Shown: positions 1 to 11,688, numbered from the stretch's first letter. The stretch: 64,000 bases of DNA from Nitrosopumilus sp. (GCA_965219345.1 OZ244732.1:576001-640000), one strand, 5' to 3'. The notes: a model not told the origin generated them from the sequence alone. Made by a program: numbers and translations.

Positions 1-96
1 TTTTTGGATATCCATGTATTTTCTAAACTGTTTAGGGATGGAAATTGTTCCGGCTGAAGTGATTTTCACCAAGACCTCATTCTCTTGAACAGACAT
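1..96 (-). CDS. AbrB/MazE/SpoVT-family DNA-binding protein (5' part, runs off window)
   Basis: Manual translation MSVQENEVLVKITSAGTISIPKQFRKYMDIQK; the KITSAGTISIPK..RK motif is typical of the AbrB fold. Confidence 0.75.
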   Translation of the reverse strand, partial: MSVQENEVLVKITSAGTISIPKQFRKYMDIQK

Positions 97-211
97 ATAA
101 TTTCTATAATTTAATAATATATATAATTTATAATTAATAAGAAATTGAGTTGTTTGGCTAAATGTTTGGATGGAAGAACAAAAATTAATTCCAAAAACTA
201 AAAAATTATTT

Positions 212-796
212 TTATGCAATTATTGGGCTAGTTTGAATATCATCAACCTTTGTTTTTCCTTTCTTTGTAATTGAATAAGTATATGGTTTTGTTTCAGTAT
301 TTCTTTCGACATATCCATCTTCAAACAATTTTTTCATTAACCGTGATGTATGCTCTCTACTTTTCTTTAATGTGATTTGAATGTCACGTGATGTCATAGC
401 TTTGTTTGTGATTAGATGCAACACATGGTTTGTTGGGTTTGTATTATCTACGCCTAATTTTTTAGGGATAACTTGAGAGTGATTAACATCTTCCACTCGA
501 ATCTCAGGTGCTTCATTCTTTACCAATTTCTCTAGGAATTGTTTTAATTCTAAATTAGGATCATCTGATTTTTGTTCAATTCCTTGTATTTCTAAGGCAT
601 CTAGGCGTATTTTCATGTCAATTAACTGTCTTTCATAATACTCTAAACGTTCAGTTTGTGATACATCAACCATCTCACTCTTAGATTTTATGAATGGACG
701 TATTTTGTAGTATCCATACAACCCACCTAAGCCTACTATGAATGCTATAATCACACCTAAAATCACTTCAGGATCAGGGATTTCTACCAACATCAC
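212..796 (-). CDS. Membrane-anchored winged-helix (MarR-like) DNA-binding protein
   Basis: N-terminal TM helix, coiled coil, C-terminal wHTH (SREHTSRLMKKLFEDGYVER..YSITKKG). Confidence 0.7.
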   Translation of the reverse strand: MMLVEIPDPEVILGVIIAFIVGLGGLYGYYKIRPFIKSKSEMVDVSQTERLEYYERQLIDMKIRLDALEIQGIEQKSDDPNLELKQFLEKLVKNEAPEIRVEDVNHSQVIPKKLGVDNTNPTNHVLHLITNKAMTSRDIQITLKKSREHTSRLMKKLFEDGYVERNTETKPYTYSITKKGKTKVDDIQTSPIIA

Positions 797-920
797 AGAT
801 TTTCTACCTATGTTGTGATTTATCGTGATTGAGCAACATTATTTCACATTTTAGATTAACATACTCACACACATTATCACAAACAACTCTACTTGGTTTT
901 GATCATTATCATCATAAACA

Positions 921-1283
921 TCACATGTTGCATGCCTGTCGAATGTATGTCTCTATCACACTAATGACCTGTTCTTCTCTTTCTGGAAAGACTTCAGCCT
1001 CATTTATCACACTTATCTGCTCTGAAAGTTTGGATATCACATCAATATCATTAGGTAGCAAAATACCAAGGCCCCGCAAAAGTATGATAGAATAGAATAA
1101 AGCGATTAATTTCTCTCTTGACTGCCCAACTTGTCTGTAATACGCACCTTTTGTTATAGAAAACCTTGACTCTTGAATATTCTTCTGATTTAAAATTATT
1201 TCAATTTGTCGCTCTGTAAATAGTGATTTTTTGATAATTTGACGGATAATATTGTTAAAATTAGACTCTTGAAACTCTGCCAT
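921..1283 (-). CDS. Conserved hypothetical protein
   Basis: 120-aa ORF, plausible composition, divergent from GGGPS. Confidence 0.6.
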   Translation of the reverse strand: MAEFQESNFNNIIRQIIKKSLFTERQIEIILNQKNIQESRFSITKGAYYRQVGQSREKLIALFYSIILLRGLGILLPNDIDVISKLSEQISVINEAEVFPEREEQVISVIETYIRQACNM

Positions 1284-1351
1284 AGCTATACAAATCTGTA
1301 TACCAACATTCCAATTAAACTTTAAAGAGGAGTCATCTACAACCCCCCACT

Positions 1352-2104
1352 ATGACTGGAAATAAAGTTGAATCATTCCTAAAAACTGAATTAAAGAAAA
1401 AAAACGCATTATTGTTCGTGTTAATCGATTCTGAAGTATCGCATTTGAAGGCACCAAGCAAACTTGCCAAAGATGTTGAAAAAATCGGTGCCTCTGCAAT
1501 CTTAGTTGGAGGCTCCTCTGCCACTGATCAGATTGAGATGGCTCAAGTGGTTAAAGGCATCAAAAAAGGCATCAAAATCCCTATAATCTTGTTTCCTGGT
1601 AACGTAACTGGCGTTGTACCTGACGCTGATGCAATCCTCTTTAGCTCACTAATGAACTCAGAAAACCCATATTTTATCACACAGGCACAAGCATTAGGGG
1701 CACCAAGTGTTCTTAAATTTGGTTTGGAGCCACTTCCAACGGCTTATTTGGTGATAGGAGAGGGGACTTCTGCTTGGTTTGTCGGTTCAGCACGAGGAAT
1801 TCCATTTGAAAAACCAAAAATTGCTGCTGCATATGCCCTTGCTGCTCAATTTCTTGGTATGAGATTTGTATATTTAGAAGCAGGCTCTGGTGCAAAAACC
1901 AGTGTTACTCCAGAGATGGTTCAGACAGTAAGGCGTACTTTTAATGGGTTTTTGATAGTAGGTGGAGGAATAAAAGACGTGAAAACTGCTCAAGGTTTGG
2001 TCAAAGCAGGAGCTGATGCTTTGGTTATAGGAACATTCCTTGAAAAAGGAGGAAGCATCAAAAAACTCCAAGAAATAGCAAAAGCAATTCAAAGAAGCAA
2101 GTAA
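1352..2104 (+). CDS. Geranylgeranylglyceryl phosphate synthase
   Basis: ILVGGS, LFPG, YLEAGSG, VGGGI motifs of the GGGP/HepGP synthase family. Confidence 0.95.
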   Translation: MTGNKVESFLKTELKKKNALLFVLIDSEVSHLKAPSKLAKDVEKIGASAILVGGSSATDQIEMAQVVKGIKKGIKIPIILFPGNVTGVVPDADAILFSSLMNSENPYFITQAQALGAPSVLKFGLEPLPTAYLVIGEGTSAWFVGSARGIPFEKPKIAAAYALAAQFLGMRFVYLEAGSGAKTSVTPEMVQTVRRTFNGFLIVGGGIKDVKTAQGLVKAGADALVIGTFLEKGGSIKKLQEIAKAIQRSK

Positions 2105-2116
2105 TACAATTGTATT

Positions 2117-5100
2117 ATGTCTGATAATAATGCAATTTCTCGTATTAGCGGTATCAAGATGCCAGATTATTATTTTGATTACTTTTCAAACCTATCAACT
2201 GAAACTTTTTCCATATTTGAGAAAGCAGCAGATGCAAAATCAAGCTTGGTAGACTCATCAGGCATAATCGAGCCTAAAATCGCGTTTGATCTGGCAGATA
2301 GAGTTGCCAAAATGCACGAAATTGACATTGCCGAACCTCTTAGGGAACTACTAAAATCAAACGGAAAGGAGCTTTCCGCATTAATTCTATCAAAACAAAT
2401 TGCCCTAGGTAAATACACTCTTTCCAATTTCACCTTAGAAGACAAACTAGATCTTGCAGTCCGTGTAGGATTGGCCATTGTAACTGAAGGAGTTACCATC
2501 GCACCTTTACAGGGAATTAATGAAGTAAAGATAAAGAAAAACAAAGATGGTACTGAATATCTTTCAGTCTCAATCGCAGGGCCCATGCGTTCAGCAGGAG
2601 GAACAGAATCTGCAGTAACAATGTTAATTGCAGACCATGTTAGAAAAGCAGCTGGGCTGTCAAAATACCAGGCTAATTCCTTTGATGATGAAACAGGCAG
2701 ATTTGTTGAGGAATTGCGAATCTATGAAAGGGAGGCCAGCAGCTTTCAATTCCATATCTTAGATGAAGATATTGAATATGTCATTTCTAATCTCCCAGTA
2801 GAACTAGATGGAGTAGATACTGATCCATTTGAGGTTGTAAATCACAAATCGATGGTTCGCATCAAAACTGATAGGGTCCGAGGAGGCGCTTTGCGTGTCT
2901 TAAATGACGGATTGATTGGAAGATCTAAAAAACTTCTCAAAAGAATTGAATTGTATAATTTAGATGGCTGGGAATGGCTCAATGATCTTAAAGGTGCGGT
3001 TCAAACGGGTGAAAATCAGGAAGATGCTGCTGCCAAAAGAATGCGTGAGGTAATTACGGGTAGATCAGTCCTATCCATGCCTAACAAGTTAGGTGGATTT
3101 CGATTAAGATATGGAAGGGCATGTAATACAGGCTTTGCGGCAGTTGGGATTCATCCCATACTTGGTGAAATTTTGGATCATACCATAGTTGTTGGAACTC
3201 AGATCAAAATTGATATTCCAGGAAAAGGGGCAACTATTGCTTTTGTTGATTCTATTGATACTCCGACAGTTCGTCTAAAAAACGGTAATGTTGTAAAGAT
3301 TAGAGATGTTAAACATGGATTAGAAATTAAAAACGAAATTGAAAAAATCCTACATCTAGGGGATATCCTAATTTCGTTTGGAGACTTTCTTGAAAATAAT
3401 GCTCAACTAATTCCTTCAGGATATGTTGAGGAATTCTGGATAGAGGAATTAAAACAAAAAATCCAAAAATATGAGCCTGATGACCAATATCTAAAGCAAT
3501 TTCTGACTAAAAATCCCACAATAGATGAGGCGTTGAAAATTTCTCTTGATTTTCAGATTCCACTCCATCCACATTATCTGTATTTTTGGGATAAAATTTC
3601 ATCAGAAGAACTTGTCCAACTTTTAGAACCAAAAAAAATCAATGAAACCTCAATAGAATACTCAACTCAAATCAAAAAAATCCTTGAAAAATTGGGGATC
3701 CCTCATATACTCAAAAATGAAACTATTGTGTTAGAAAATCTAGAGGCAAAAATTTTCTTCAATTTATTATTTAGAGAAAAACCAATAATTAATGAATTAT
3801 CAGTTCCACAAATTCTAACAAAATCATCAGGAATTCAAATTAAGAACAAATTCTCAACCTCTATTGGAGTTCGAATTGGAAGACCCGAAAAAGCAGCTGC
3901 TAGAGTAATGAAACCTCCAACACATGTATTATTCCCAATTAGCGACAAAGGAGGACCTACCAGAGATCTTCTAAAGGCATCAAGAAATGAGCACTTCTTT
4001 ACTAACATATTCAACAGGCATTGTAACCAGTGTGATGAACCTTCTATAGGCATAAAGTGCTCTAAATGTGGTATTAAGACGACAATTTCCTATAGGTGTC
4101 CTAACTGTAGAGATATCCTCAATGAACCATTCTGTGAAAAATGTAAACGGAAAGCATCAACTCACTTCCACAAAGAATTTCCATTAAAAGCGAGACTATT
4201 ATCAGCTCAAGAAAAGATGGGGTTGCGTGTCAAAGAACCCTTCAAAGGCGTAAAAGAATTAATTAATCAAGATAGAATTGCCGAACCCCTGGAAAAGGGA
4301 CTTGTACGTCAAAACTTTGGACTTACAGTCTTCAAAGATGGGACTGTCAGATTTGATGCAACAAATTCTCCCTTAACTCAATTCAAACCATCATGGATTG
4401 GGACATCAATAGAGAAGCTAAAGGATCTTGGGTATTCTCACGATATAGAGGGAAAACCTCTTGAAAACTCAGATCAAACTATTGAACTTCGCATGCAAGA
4501 TGTGATTATTCCTTATGATAGCGGAAACTATCTAGTTTCCACCTGTAAATACATTGATACTCTTTTAGTGAAGTTTTATGGGAAATCCCCATTTTATAAT
4601 GTGAAGAATTCTGATGAGTTAATTGGTCATCTAATAATTGGTTTGGCCCCACATACCTCTGTCGGCATTGTAGGACGAATTATTGGGTATACTGAAACTC
4701 ATGTTTGTTTTGGAACTCCAAATTGGCACTCTGCAAAAAGAAGAGATGCTGATGGTGATGCTGATTCTATCATGCTTCTAATGGACAGTCTACTGAATTT
4801 CTCGAGACAATTTCTTTCTGATCGAATAGGTGGATTAATGGATGCCCCATTACTTGTTCAGCCCCTTGTTTTACCACATGAATCTCAACCACAAGCACAT
4901 AATCTTGAGGTCACAAAGTCACTTCCTTTAGAATTCTTCGAGTCCACACTTCAACAAATCAAAGCATCGGATGTAACATCTGTAGAAATTATTAAATCAC
5001 GCCTTGAAACTGAAAGACAATTTTATGATTATTTCTTTACACATACAACTTCATCCCTGACCACTTCAAAATCACGTAGTGCCTACTCTACACTTGGTTC

Positions 5101-5494
5101 AATGCTTGACAAATTTGACATGCAAATTAGGAATGCTGAATTAATTGATGTTGTAAACCCTTCAGAAATTGTTTCCAATGTCATTTCAACACACCTTGTT
5201 CCAGATATAATGGGAAATCTTAGGGCATACGCTAGACAAAACTTTAGGTGTACTGGCTGTGGAAAATCATTCCGCCGAATGCCTCTAATCCAAACATGTG
5301 TCTGTGGTCATAAACTGATTCCCACAATTACCAGAGGCTCTGTAGAAAAATATCTAAAACTTGCAAAAAGACTTGTTGACAAATATGATGTTGGCGAATA
5401 TCAGAGAGGAAGAATTTATGCTCTATCAGATGAAATTGAATTGGTATTTGGGAAGAGCAAAGGAGATCAATCTCTTCTTTCTGATTATGCTTAG
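2117..5494 (+). CDS. polC: DNA polymerase D large subunit (DP2)
   Basis: EGVTIAPLQGI, GPMRSAGGT, GGFRLRYGR, FKDGTVRFDAT, HSAKRRDADGDAD catalytic motif, Zn fingers; no intein. Confidence 0.97.
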   Translation: MSDNNAISRISGIKMPDYYFDYFSNLSTETFSIFEKAADAKSSLVDSSGIIEPKIAFDLADRVAKMHEIDIAEPLRELLKSNGKELSALILSKQIALGKYTLSNFTLEDKLDLAVRVGLAIVTEGVTIAPLQGINEVKIKKNKDGTEYLSVSIAGPMRSAGGTESAVTMLIADHVRKAAGLSKYQANSFDDETGRFVEELRIYEREASSFQFHILDEDIEYVISNLPVELDGVDTDPFEVVNHKSMVRIKTDRVRGGALRVLNDGLIGRSKKLLKRIELYNLDGWEWLNDLKGAVQTGENQEDAAAKRMREVITGRSVLSMPNKLGGFRLRYGRACNTGFAAVGIHPILGEILDHTIVVGTQIKIDIPGKGATIAFVDSIDTPTVRLKNGNVVKIRDVKHGLEIKNEIEKILHLGDILISFGDFLENNAQLIPSGYVEEFWIEELKQKIQKYEPDDQYLKQFLTKNPTIDEALKISLDFQIPLHPHYLYFWDKISSEELVQLLEPKKINETSIEYSTQIKKILEKLGIPHILKNETIVLENLEAKIFFNLLFREKPIINELSVPQILTKSSGIQIKNKFSTSIGVRIGRPEKAAARVMKPPTHVLFPISDKGGPTRDLLKASRNEHFFTNIFNRHCNQCDEPSIGIKCSKCGIKTTISYRCPNCRDILNEPFCEKCKRKASTHFHKEFPLKARLLSAQEKMGLRVKEPFKGVKELINQDRIAEPLEKGLVRQNFGLTVFKDGTVRFDATNSPLTQFKPSWIGTSIEKLKDLGYSHDIEGKPLENSDQTIELRMQDVIIPYDSGNYLVSTCKYIDTLLVKFYGKSPFYNVKNSDELIGHLIIGLAPHTSVGIVGRIIGYTETHVCFGTPNWHSAKRRDADGDADSIMLLMDSLLNFSRQFLSDRIGGLMDAPLLVQPLVLPHESQPQAHNLEVTKSLPLEFFESTLQQIKASDVTSVEIIKSRLETERQFYDYFFTHTTSSLTTSKSRSAYSTLGSMLDKFDMQIRNAELIDVVNPSEIVSNVISTHLVPDIMGNLRAYARQNFRCTGCGKSFRRMPLIQTCVCGHKLIPTITRGSVEKYLKLAKRLVDKYDVGEYQRGRIYALSDEIELVFGKSKGDQSLLSDYA

Positions 5495-5496
5495 AA

Positions 5497-6828
5497 TTAT
5501 CTCAATTTGATGTATTCGTAGGCGCCCAACTTACCATCAAAACAGAATTTGACTTTTTGATAGTTTTTTCTGAAAGCCTTAACTTTTACAAGTATTTTCT
5601 TTGGATCCTTTTTCTCAATAACTACTTGTTTAATGATAGATGCAATTTCCTGCATCTCATTCTTTTTCATTCCAAGTCGTGTGATTTCAGAAACTCCTAA
5701 TCTAATTCCACTCGGATGGAAATAATTTCTTCCTGCCTTAATATCCCCTGGAATGAGCTGTCTGTTTACTATAATGTTAGCTTTTTCTAAATCTGCTTCT
5801 ACTTTTCCACCATCAGAATAATCTAAAACATTAACTGCAATCTGGTGTGATTCTGTAAATCCTCTTTTCTCTCCTAATACCTTGAATCCCATATCACTCA
5901 AAGCCTCTGCAAATGACTTTGCATTTTTTATGACCTGAGTTGCATAGTCTTTTCCGAACTCTAACGCTTCTGCAAAAGCGACTGCTTTTCCAGCCATGTG
6001 ATGAATGTGATGGCTGCTTGTAAGACCAGGAAAGGTTGCTTTTTTGATAATCTCTTCATGTTCTTCGGAACCTAAAACAAGTCCACCTTGAGGCCCAAAC
6101 AAAGTCTTATGAGTACTCATAGTCATTGTGTGTGCACCCTCACATAGAGGATCTTGGAATTTCCCACCAGCAATTAATCCAGCAACATGAGCTGCATCAT
6201 AATTAATGTGCATATCATAACTCTTAAGAAAATCTGATAATTCTTTGACAGGATGTGGAAACAAGAATAATGAGCCGCCAAACATTGCCATCTTTGGAAG
6301 ACGATCGGCTTTTTTTAGAACCTTAATTTTCTGTTTTGTCTTATCAACATCAATTGTCATTTCTTCAGCATCAAATGGATAGAACTCTATCTCTAATCCA
6401 TGAACTAGACCAGCAGTTCCAGAATGCTCCTTCTTACCGTGGGAAATATGCCCCCCTGCAGAAATAGAAGGTGCTAACATTACATCACCTGGATTAGTAA
6501 AAGCAGAGTATACTACAAGGTTTGCAACAACTCCTGAAATTGGTCTTACATCAGCAAATTTTGCTTTGTATAATTTTTTTGCCAATTTCATACATTCAAA
6601 CTCTACATCATCAATGTAGACACAACCAGCATACACCCTTTCCCCGGGCCATCCTTCGGCATACCTATTTCCAAAATCTGAAATTATAGCTTCTCGAACA
6701 GCAGGGCTTGGGATATTTTCACTTGCTATTAATGGAATTGAATTTTCAAACCACTTATGATGTTCCTTTAATTTTGTGAAAATTTTATTGTAGGCTGCTT
6801 TATTTTGTGACTTGGCCATATCATGCAA
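5497..6828 (-). CDS. glyA: Serine hydroxymethyltransferase
   Basis: LIASEN, RYAEGWPG, GGHISHG, STHKTLFGPQGG PLP-lysine motif. Confidence 0.96.
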   Translation of the reverse strand: MHDMAKSQNKAAYNKIFTKLKEHHKWFENSIPLIASENIPSPAVREAIISDFGNRYAEGWPGERVYAGCVYIDDVEFECMKLAKKLYKAKFADVRPISGVVANLVVYSAFTNPGDVMLAPSISAGGHISHGKKEHSGTAGLVHGLEIEFYPFDAEEMTIDVDKTKQKIKVLKKADRLPKMAMFGGSLFLFPHPVKELSDFLKSYDMHINYDAAHVAGLIAGGKFQDPLCEGAHTMTMSTHKTLFGPQGGLVLGSEEHEEIIKKATFPGLTSSHHIHHMAGKAVAFAEALEFGKDYATQVIKNAKSFAEALSDMGFKVLGEKRGFTESHQIAVNVLDYSDGGKVEADLEKANIIVNRQLIPGDIKAGRNYFHPSGIRLGVSEITRLGMKKNEMQEIASIIKQVVIEKKDPKKILVKVKAFRKNYQKVKFCFDGKLGAYEYIKLR

Positions 6829-6920
6829 CTTGATTTTCCCAATTTAAAAACACCGATACTGCATCAAATTTCCACTATGATCTGCAAGATATAAAAGGGG
6901 AATCCAGAGTTTTTGCATCT

Positions 6921-8627
6921 ATGGGTATGCAAGCTACTTCAAAGGGAAACATGCCAGTTGTATTGCTAAAGGAAGGCGGTACAGAAACCAAAGGCAGAGA
7001 TGCACAAAAGAATAACATCGCTGCATGCAAAATTATTGCTGAAATTGTCCAAACCAGCCTAGGTCCACGAGGCATGGATAAAATGCTAGTTGACTCATTA
7101 GGAGATGTTACTATTACAAATGATGGCGCAACCATCCTAAAAGAAATTGATGTTCAACATCCAGCTGCAAAAATGCTGGTTGAAATTTCTAAAACTACAG
7201 ATAATGAAGTTGGAGACGGTACAACCTCTGCCGTTGTTTTGGCAGGCGCTTTACTTGAAAACTCTGAATTATTAATTGATCAAGATGTTCATCCAACAAT
7301 AATTGTTGATGGTTTTAGAAAAGCTGGAAAAAAGGCAAAACAGTTTCTTGAAAGTATTGCTGATCAAGTACCCGCAAACGATAAAACTATCCTAACTAAA
7401 ATTGCAAAAACCTCAATGCAAACTAAACTTGTTAGAAAGGATTCTGATCAACTTGCAGAAATTGTAGTAAAGTCTGTTCTTGCTGTTTCAGAAAAAGAAG
7501 GCGAAACTTACAATGTTGATATTGATGATATTAAGGTAGAAAAGAAGGCTGGAGGCTCTATCAAAGATTCGGAAATTATACAGGGTATTGTTCTTGATAA
7601 AGAGATTGTACATGGAGGTATGCCTGGGAAAATTACCGAAGCTAAAATCGCATTAATCAATACCGCATTAGAAATTTCCAAAACTGAAACTGATGCAAAA
7701 ATTAACATTTCAAATCCTCAACAACTCAAATCATTTCTAGATGAAGAAAATAGAATGCTGAAGACTATGGTTGATAAAGTCATTGGCTCTGGTGCAAATG
7801 TTGTTTTTTGTCAAAAAGGAATTGATGATATGGCACAACATTATCTAGCAAAAGCTGGAATTATTGCAGTTAGAAGAATTAAAGAAAGCGATCTCACAAA
7901 ACTTGCTAAAGCAACAGCTGCTAGAATTGTTACAAATCTTGATGATCTTTTTGAAAAAGATCTAGGTAGTGCAAACATTGTTGAAGAAAGAAAAATTGAA
8001 GAAGACAAATGGGTATTTGTAGAAGGCTGCAAACATCCAAAATCAGTTACCCTACTTCTTCGTGGAGGCTCACAGAGAGTGGTTGACGAAGTTGAACGCT
8101 CTGTTCATGATGCATTGATGGTTGTAAAAGATGTAATGGAAACCCCCTCAATTGTTGCAGGCGGTGGTGCTCCTGAAACATTTGCTGCAACAAAAATAAG
8201 AAGTTGGGCAAAATCTTTAGAAGGAAGAGAACAATTAGCTGCAGAAAAATTTGCTGATGCTTTAGAATCAATTCCATTAACACTTGCTGAAAATGCTGGA
8301 ATGGATCCAATTGACACACTTACACTCCTTCGCTCAAAACAACAGAAAGGAGAGAAATGGACTGGAATTGATGTAATGAAAGGAAAGATTGCTAATATGA
8401 AATCGAGTGATATTATTGAACCACTTGCAGTTAAACTTCAAGTTGTATCTGCAGCTGCTGAAGCTGCATGTATGATTCTTAGAATTGATGACGTTATTGC
8501 TACACAAAAATCTCCTGGTGGACCGCCTGGCGGAGGAGAAGGAGGCATGCCACCTGGAATGCCACCTGGAATGGGTGGAGGCATGCCTGGAATGGGTGGA
8601 ATGCCTGACATGGGCGGAATGATGTAA
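6921..8627 (+). CDS. ths: Thermosome (group II chaperonin) subunit
   Basis: [27 protein letters not shown]-rich tail. Confidence 0.96.
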   Translation: MGMQATSKGNMPVVLLKEGGTETKGRDAQKNNIAACKIIAEIVQTSLGPRGMDKMLVDSLGDVTITNDGATILKEIDVQHPAAKMLVEISKTTDNEVGDGTTSAVVLAGALLENSELLIDQDVHPTIIVDGFRKAGKKAKQFLESIADQVPANDKTILTKIAKTSMQTKLVRKDSDQLAEIVVKSVLAVSEKEGETYNVDIDDIKVEKKAGGSIKDSEIIQGIVLDKEIVHGGMPGKITEAKIALINTALEISKTETDAKINISNPQQLKSFLDEENRMLKTMVDKVIGSGANVVFCQKGIDDMAQHYLAKAGIIAVRRIKESDLTKLAKATAARIVTNLDDLFEKDLGSANIVEERKIEEDKWVFVEGCKHPKSVTLLLRGGSQRVVDEVERSVHDALMVVKDVMETPSIVAGGGAPETFAATKIRSWAKSLEGREQLAAEKFADALESIPLTLAENAGMDPIDTLTLLRSKQQKGEKWTGIDVMKGKIANMKSSDIIEPLAVKLQVVSAAAEAACMILRIDDVIATQKSPGGPPGGGEGGMPPGMPPGMGGGMPGMGGMPDMGGMM

Positions 8628-8683
8628 ATCATTTTGAAGAAATTTTTCAAAAGTTTATTTTATAATTATATTTACGAACAACA

Positions 8684-8962
8684 TTGAATAAAACATCATC
8701 AAAAGTTCTTACTGTTTCAAAATACATTTACCTAGTTGCATTTTTTGCATTACTTGCTGGATTATTTCATCCATTAATTACTGGTGCAAGCTTTGATAGT
8801 GTAATAACTGGGGTTTTGATATTATTTGTGGGTCTTGCTGGTGGGGCTTTACTGTACAGGGCTACTACATCTAAGAATAAACGAGAAATATTCTTGGGGG
8901 CAGGGTTTGTTCTGATGATAATTTCATTATACTATATCTTTCAGCTTACAGGAAGAGCCTAA
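8684..8962 (+). CDS. Small membrane protein (3 TM)
   Basis: Three hydrophobic segments, 92 aa. Confidence 0.65.
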   Translation: MNKTSSKVLTVSKYIYLVAFFALLAGLFHPLITGASFDSVITGVLILFVGLAGGALLYRATTSKNKREIFLGAGFVLMIISLYYIFQLTGRA

Positions 8963-10419
8963 ACATCAAAGTATAGATAAAATTCATGCGGATGTGGCCT
9001 AATAGCTATTTCACGTTGATCTCTTCTTTCTAATTCTATTATCTTATCAACTACATCGTTAGTGTAAATTGGATTAAGGAATTTTCTGTCACTCTCTAAC
9101 TCATCTAGTGCTTCACCCAAACTCTTTGGAAGAACACCAATACCTCTTTTAGCTCTATTGGATCTAGTCATCTTGAAGATGTCCTCACGTACTTGATCTC
9201 CGGGGTCCATCTTCTTTTTGATTCCATCCATTCCAGCTGATGCAACTGCAGCAAATACAAGATATGGGTTAGATGAAGGATCAGGAGCTCTAAACTCTAG
9301 TCTTTTTAGATATGAGTATCCTTTTCCTTTGAGATGTTTTGGAACTCTGACAATAGCAGAACGATTTCCTGAACTCCATGCAATGTATGCCGGAGCTTCA
9401 TATCCTGGTACAAGTCTATGGTATGAATTAGTAGTAGGATTACAAATTGCTGACAGTGCTTTGGCATGACTAATAATTCCACCGCAAAAGTATCTTCCAG
9501 TTTGACTTAACTCAATCTCATCGTCTGGATCATAAAATATATTTTCTTTTCCTTGCCACAAACTAACATTAACGTGCATTCCAGAACCTGAGTCCATTGC
9601 AATTGGTTTTGGCATCATTGTTGCAACCTTTCCATATTTTTGTGCAATATTTCTGATAACATACTTGTAGGTTTGTGCAGCGTCTGCGGCATTCGTTAGT
9701 AGATCATACCTGATATCAATTTCACATTGCCCTGCAGTTGCAACTTCATGGTGATGATTGTCACATAAAATTCCAAAATCCCTATTCAGAATATTTACAC
9801 ACTCATTTCTGTATGGTGTAAGAGTGTCCGATGGCGTACTAGGATAGTACCCTTCTTGCAATCCCATTGGGTATCCATCTCCTGATTGACTCCATGGAGC
9901 TTCTTTTGATTCAATTGAATAAGACTGTCCTTTGTATGGTGTTAGAACATCCCAATGTACCTTATCAAAAACAAAGAACTCTACCTCTGGACCCCATGTA
10001 CTAAAATCAAATCCCTGGGATTTGATATATTGTTCAGCTTTTTGGGCAATTCCTCTAGGATCTCTTGATAATCTTCCCCTATCTTCTCCCCAAAAAACAT
10101 CACAAAGAAGTCTAGCTGTTTTGTTTTCAGCCATCCAAGGAATTATTGCAAATGAATTTGGATCTGGTTTTAGAAGTAAATCTGAATCATCAATACTAGT
10201 AAATCCAACAATTGACGAACCGTCCAATTTAGGTAATCCATCTTTTATTTGTTCAGGGGTAAACGTGTTGGCTGAAATTGTGGTATGATGAAAATGACCT
10301 GTAAGACCAGTAAATTGTAGATCGATAAACTGAATGCCCTCATGTTGAATCCTGGCGAAAACTTCATCAGGCGAATACGTTACTTGCATTGCTTTTCCAT
10401 GACTAACTTTATACGGCAA
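8959..10419 (-). CDS. glnA: Glutamine synthetase type I
   Basis: DGSSI, GPEVEFF, HHEVATAGQCE, MPKP..GSGMH, NSYHRLVPGYEAP, RLEFRAPD. Confidence 0.97.
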   Translation of the reverse strand: MPYKVSHGKAMQVTYSPDEVFARIQHEGIQFIDLQFTGLTGHFHHTTISANTFTPEQIKDGLPKLDGSSIVGFTSIDDSDLLLKPDPNSFAIIPWMAENKTARLLCDVFWGEDRGRLSRDPRGIAQKAEQYIKSQGFDFSTWGPEVEFFVFDKVHWDVLTPYKGQSYSIESKEAPWSQSGDGYPMGLQEGYYPSTPSDTLTPYRNECVNILNRDFGILCDNHHHEVATAGQCEIDIRYDLLTNAADAAQTYKYVIRNIAQKYGKVATMMPKPIAMDSGSGMHVNVSLWQGKENIFYDPDDEIELSQTGRYFCGGIISHAKALSAICNPTTNSYHRLVPGYEAPAYIAWSSGNRSAIVRVPKHLKGKGYSYLKRLEFRAPDPSSNPYLVFAAVASAGMDGIKKKMDPGDQVREDIFKMTRSNRAKRGIGVLPKSLGEALDELESDRKFLNPIYTNDVVDKIIELERRDQREIAIRPHPHEFYLYFDV

Positions 10420-10473
10420 TTTTTTACTTCAATCAAACACAAATACACCCAGCATTTAAGGATTAGGTAAGAA

Positions 10474-11031
10474 ATGTCAGAACCAAATCAAATCAATATC
10501 AACTCATTACATCAATTAGTTTTACGAGAAACCGAAGATAATTCCATATTAGAAATTGATCCAAACTTTTACAGAAATCTCTCTGACTTTATTGGAAATT
10601 TAAGGAAACAAGAATTTGATGGTGTGGAAAGTAAAATCAAAGATACTCTGATAGAAATGGCAACTGAGCTAACGTCATTACTGATAAATATTAGATTAGA
10701 TAAAATTTCTAAATCAAAAGATAACCAATTTGGAAATCTTCTAGATGAAGAAAAGTTCATTTTAGATTCACAAGAGGAACAAAGAGAAAGAATTGAAATG
10801 ATTCTTTCTGCGACAATTAATGGGAAATCAAAATTCCTTGAATCATTAGCTCAAAATCATAAAACAAAGAGAATTGTCATCAGATTTCTCAAAGAAGTAG
10901 AAGAAATTGTAGGCGCAGACCTTGAGAAGTATGGCCCTTTTAAAACTGAAGATATTGCTACAATTCCATATGAAAATGCCCAAGCCTTAATTGCCAAAAA
11001 TGCTGCAACTAAAATCCGTTGGGATGATTAG
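10474..11031 (+). CDS. GINS-family DNA replication protein
   Basis: Helical A-domain plus C-terminal B-domain (IVGADLEKYGPFKTEDIATIPYENAQAL). Confidence 0.8.
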   Translation: MSEPNQININSLHQLVLRETEDNSILEIDPNFYRNLSDFIGNLRKQEFDGVESKIKDTLIEMATELTSLLINIRLDKISKSKDNQFGNLLDEEKFILDSQEEQRERIEMILSATINGKSKFLESLAQNHKTKRIVIRFLKEVEEIVGADLEKYGPFKTEDIATIPYENAQALIAKNAATKIRWDD

Positions 11032-11064
11032 ATAAAAATTATACCTGTTTTATTTTCATATTAC

Positions 11065-11349
11065 ATGTCTCACACAGGCGTTGAAGTATTTGATTTTTTA
11101 TTATTTTCAATTTATCCAGTATTTGGAATTCTTGCCATTGAAGTAATTAGCAGATTAATCAAAGCCCCAAAATGGATTAAACTATGGGTACAAGCAGCCG
11201 TAGCAATTGGTTTTGGAGTTTACTATTGGTTTATTTTGCCTGCACCACAAAATTTTCCATTAACTGCACTGGTGATGTTTGTACTTGCCATCGCTCTAAT
11301 TTATCAAGGTAGACGTGCAAAAATTTCTCCCGAAAAGAGTCCTTACTAA
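11065..11349 (+). CDS. Small membrane protein
   Basis: Three hydrophobic helices. Confidence 0.65.
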   Translation: MSHTGVEVFDFLLFSIYPVFGILAIEVISRLIKAPKWIKLWVQAAVAIGFGVYYWFILPAPQNFPLTALVMFVLAIALIYQGRRAKISPEKSPY

Positions 11350-11351
11350 TT

Positions 11352-11573
11352 TTAAGATCTTCCAAAAATTCGTTTGAAAATATTTGGTTTGTTTGGACCT
11401 CCATCTCGTATAATTTTTTTCTCACCAAATTTTTTTGCTCGAATCAGACTTAGTTTTACACATCTATGTTCTTCTGGAAGTCTGTGTTCTGCACAAAATG
11501 GATCCTTACAATAATTGCACTGGAAGGGTAAATCTGTCAAATCTCCACAATAAGCACATTTTTCAGATATCAC
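11352..11573 (-). CDS. AN1-type zinc finger protein
   Basis: C..C......PF.C..C...FC..HR.PE.H.C signature. Confidence 0.85.
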   Translation of the reverse strand: MISEKCAYCGDLTDLPFQCNYCKDPFCAEHRLPEEHRCVKLSLIRAKKFGEKKIIRDGGPNKPNIFKRIFGRS

Positions 11574-11688
11574 AATTTAATTTACCATTTTCTTCTAATT
11601 AAGTTGCTAGTAGTTTTCTTAAACTTGGAATTTTTTAACGTCTAAACATTTTTACAATGTTGAAATTAAATGCGTTCAAGTGATTTAG

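Noticed and set aside
2117-5494. Intein in PolD DP2
   Set aside because: Length is normal and no intein or LAGLIDADG motifs are visible.
8514-8627. GC-rich repeats at the thermosome 3' end
   Set aside because: Ordinary Gly-Gly-Met/Pro chaperonin tail.
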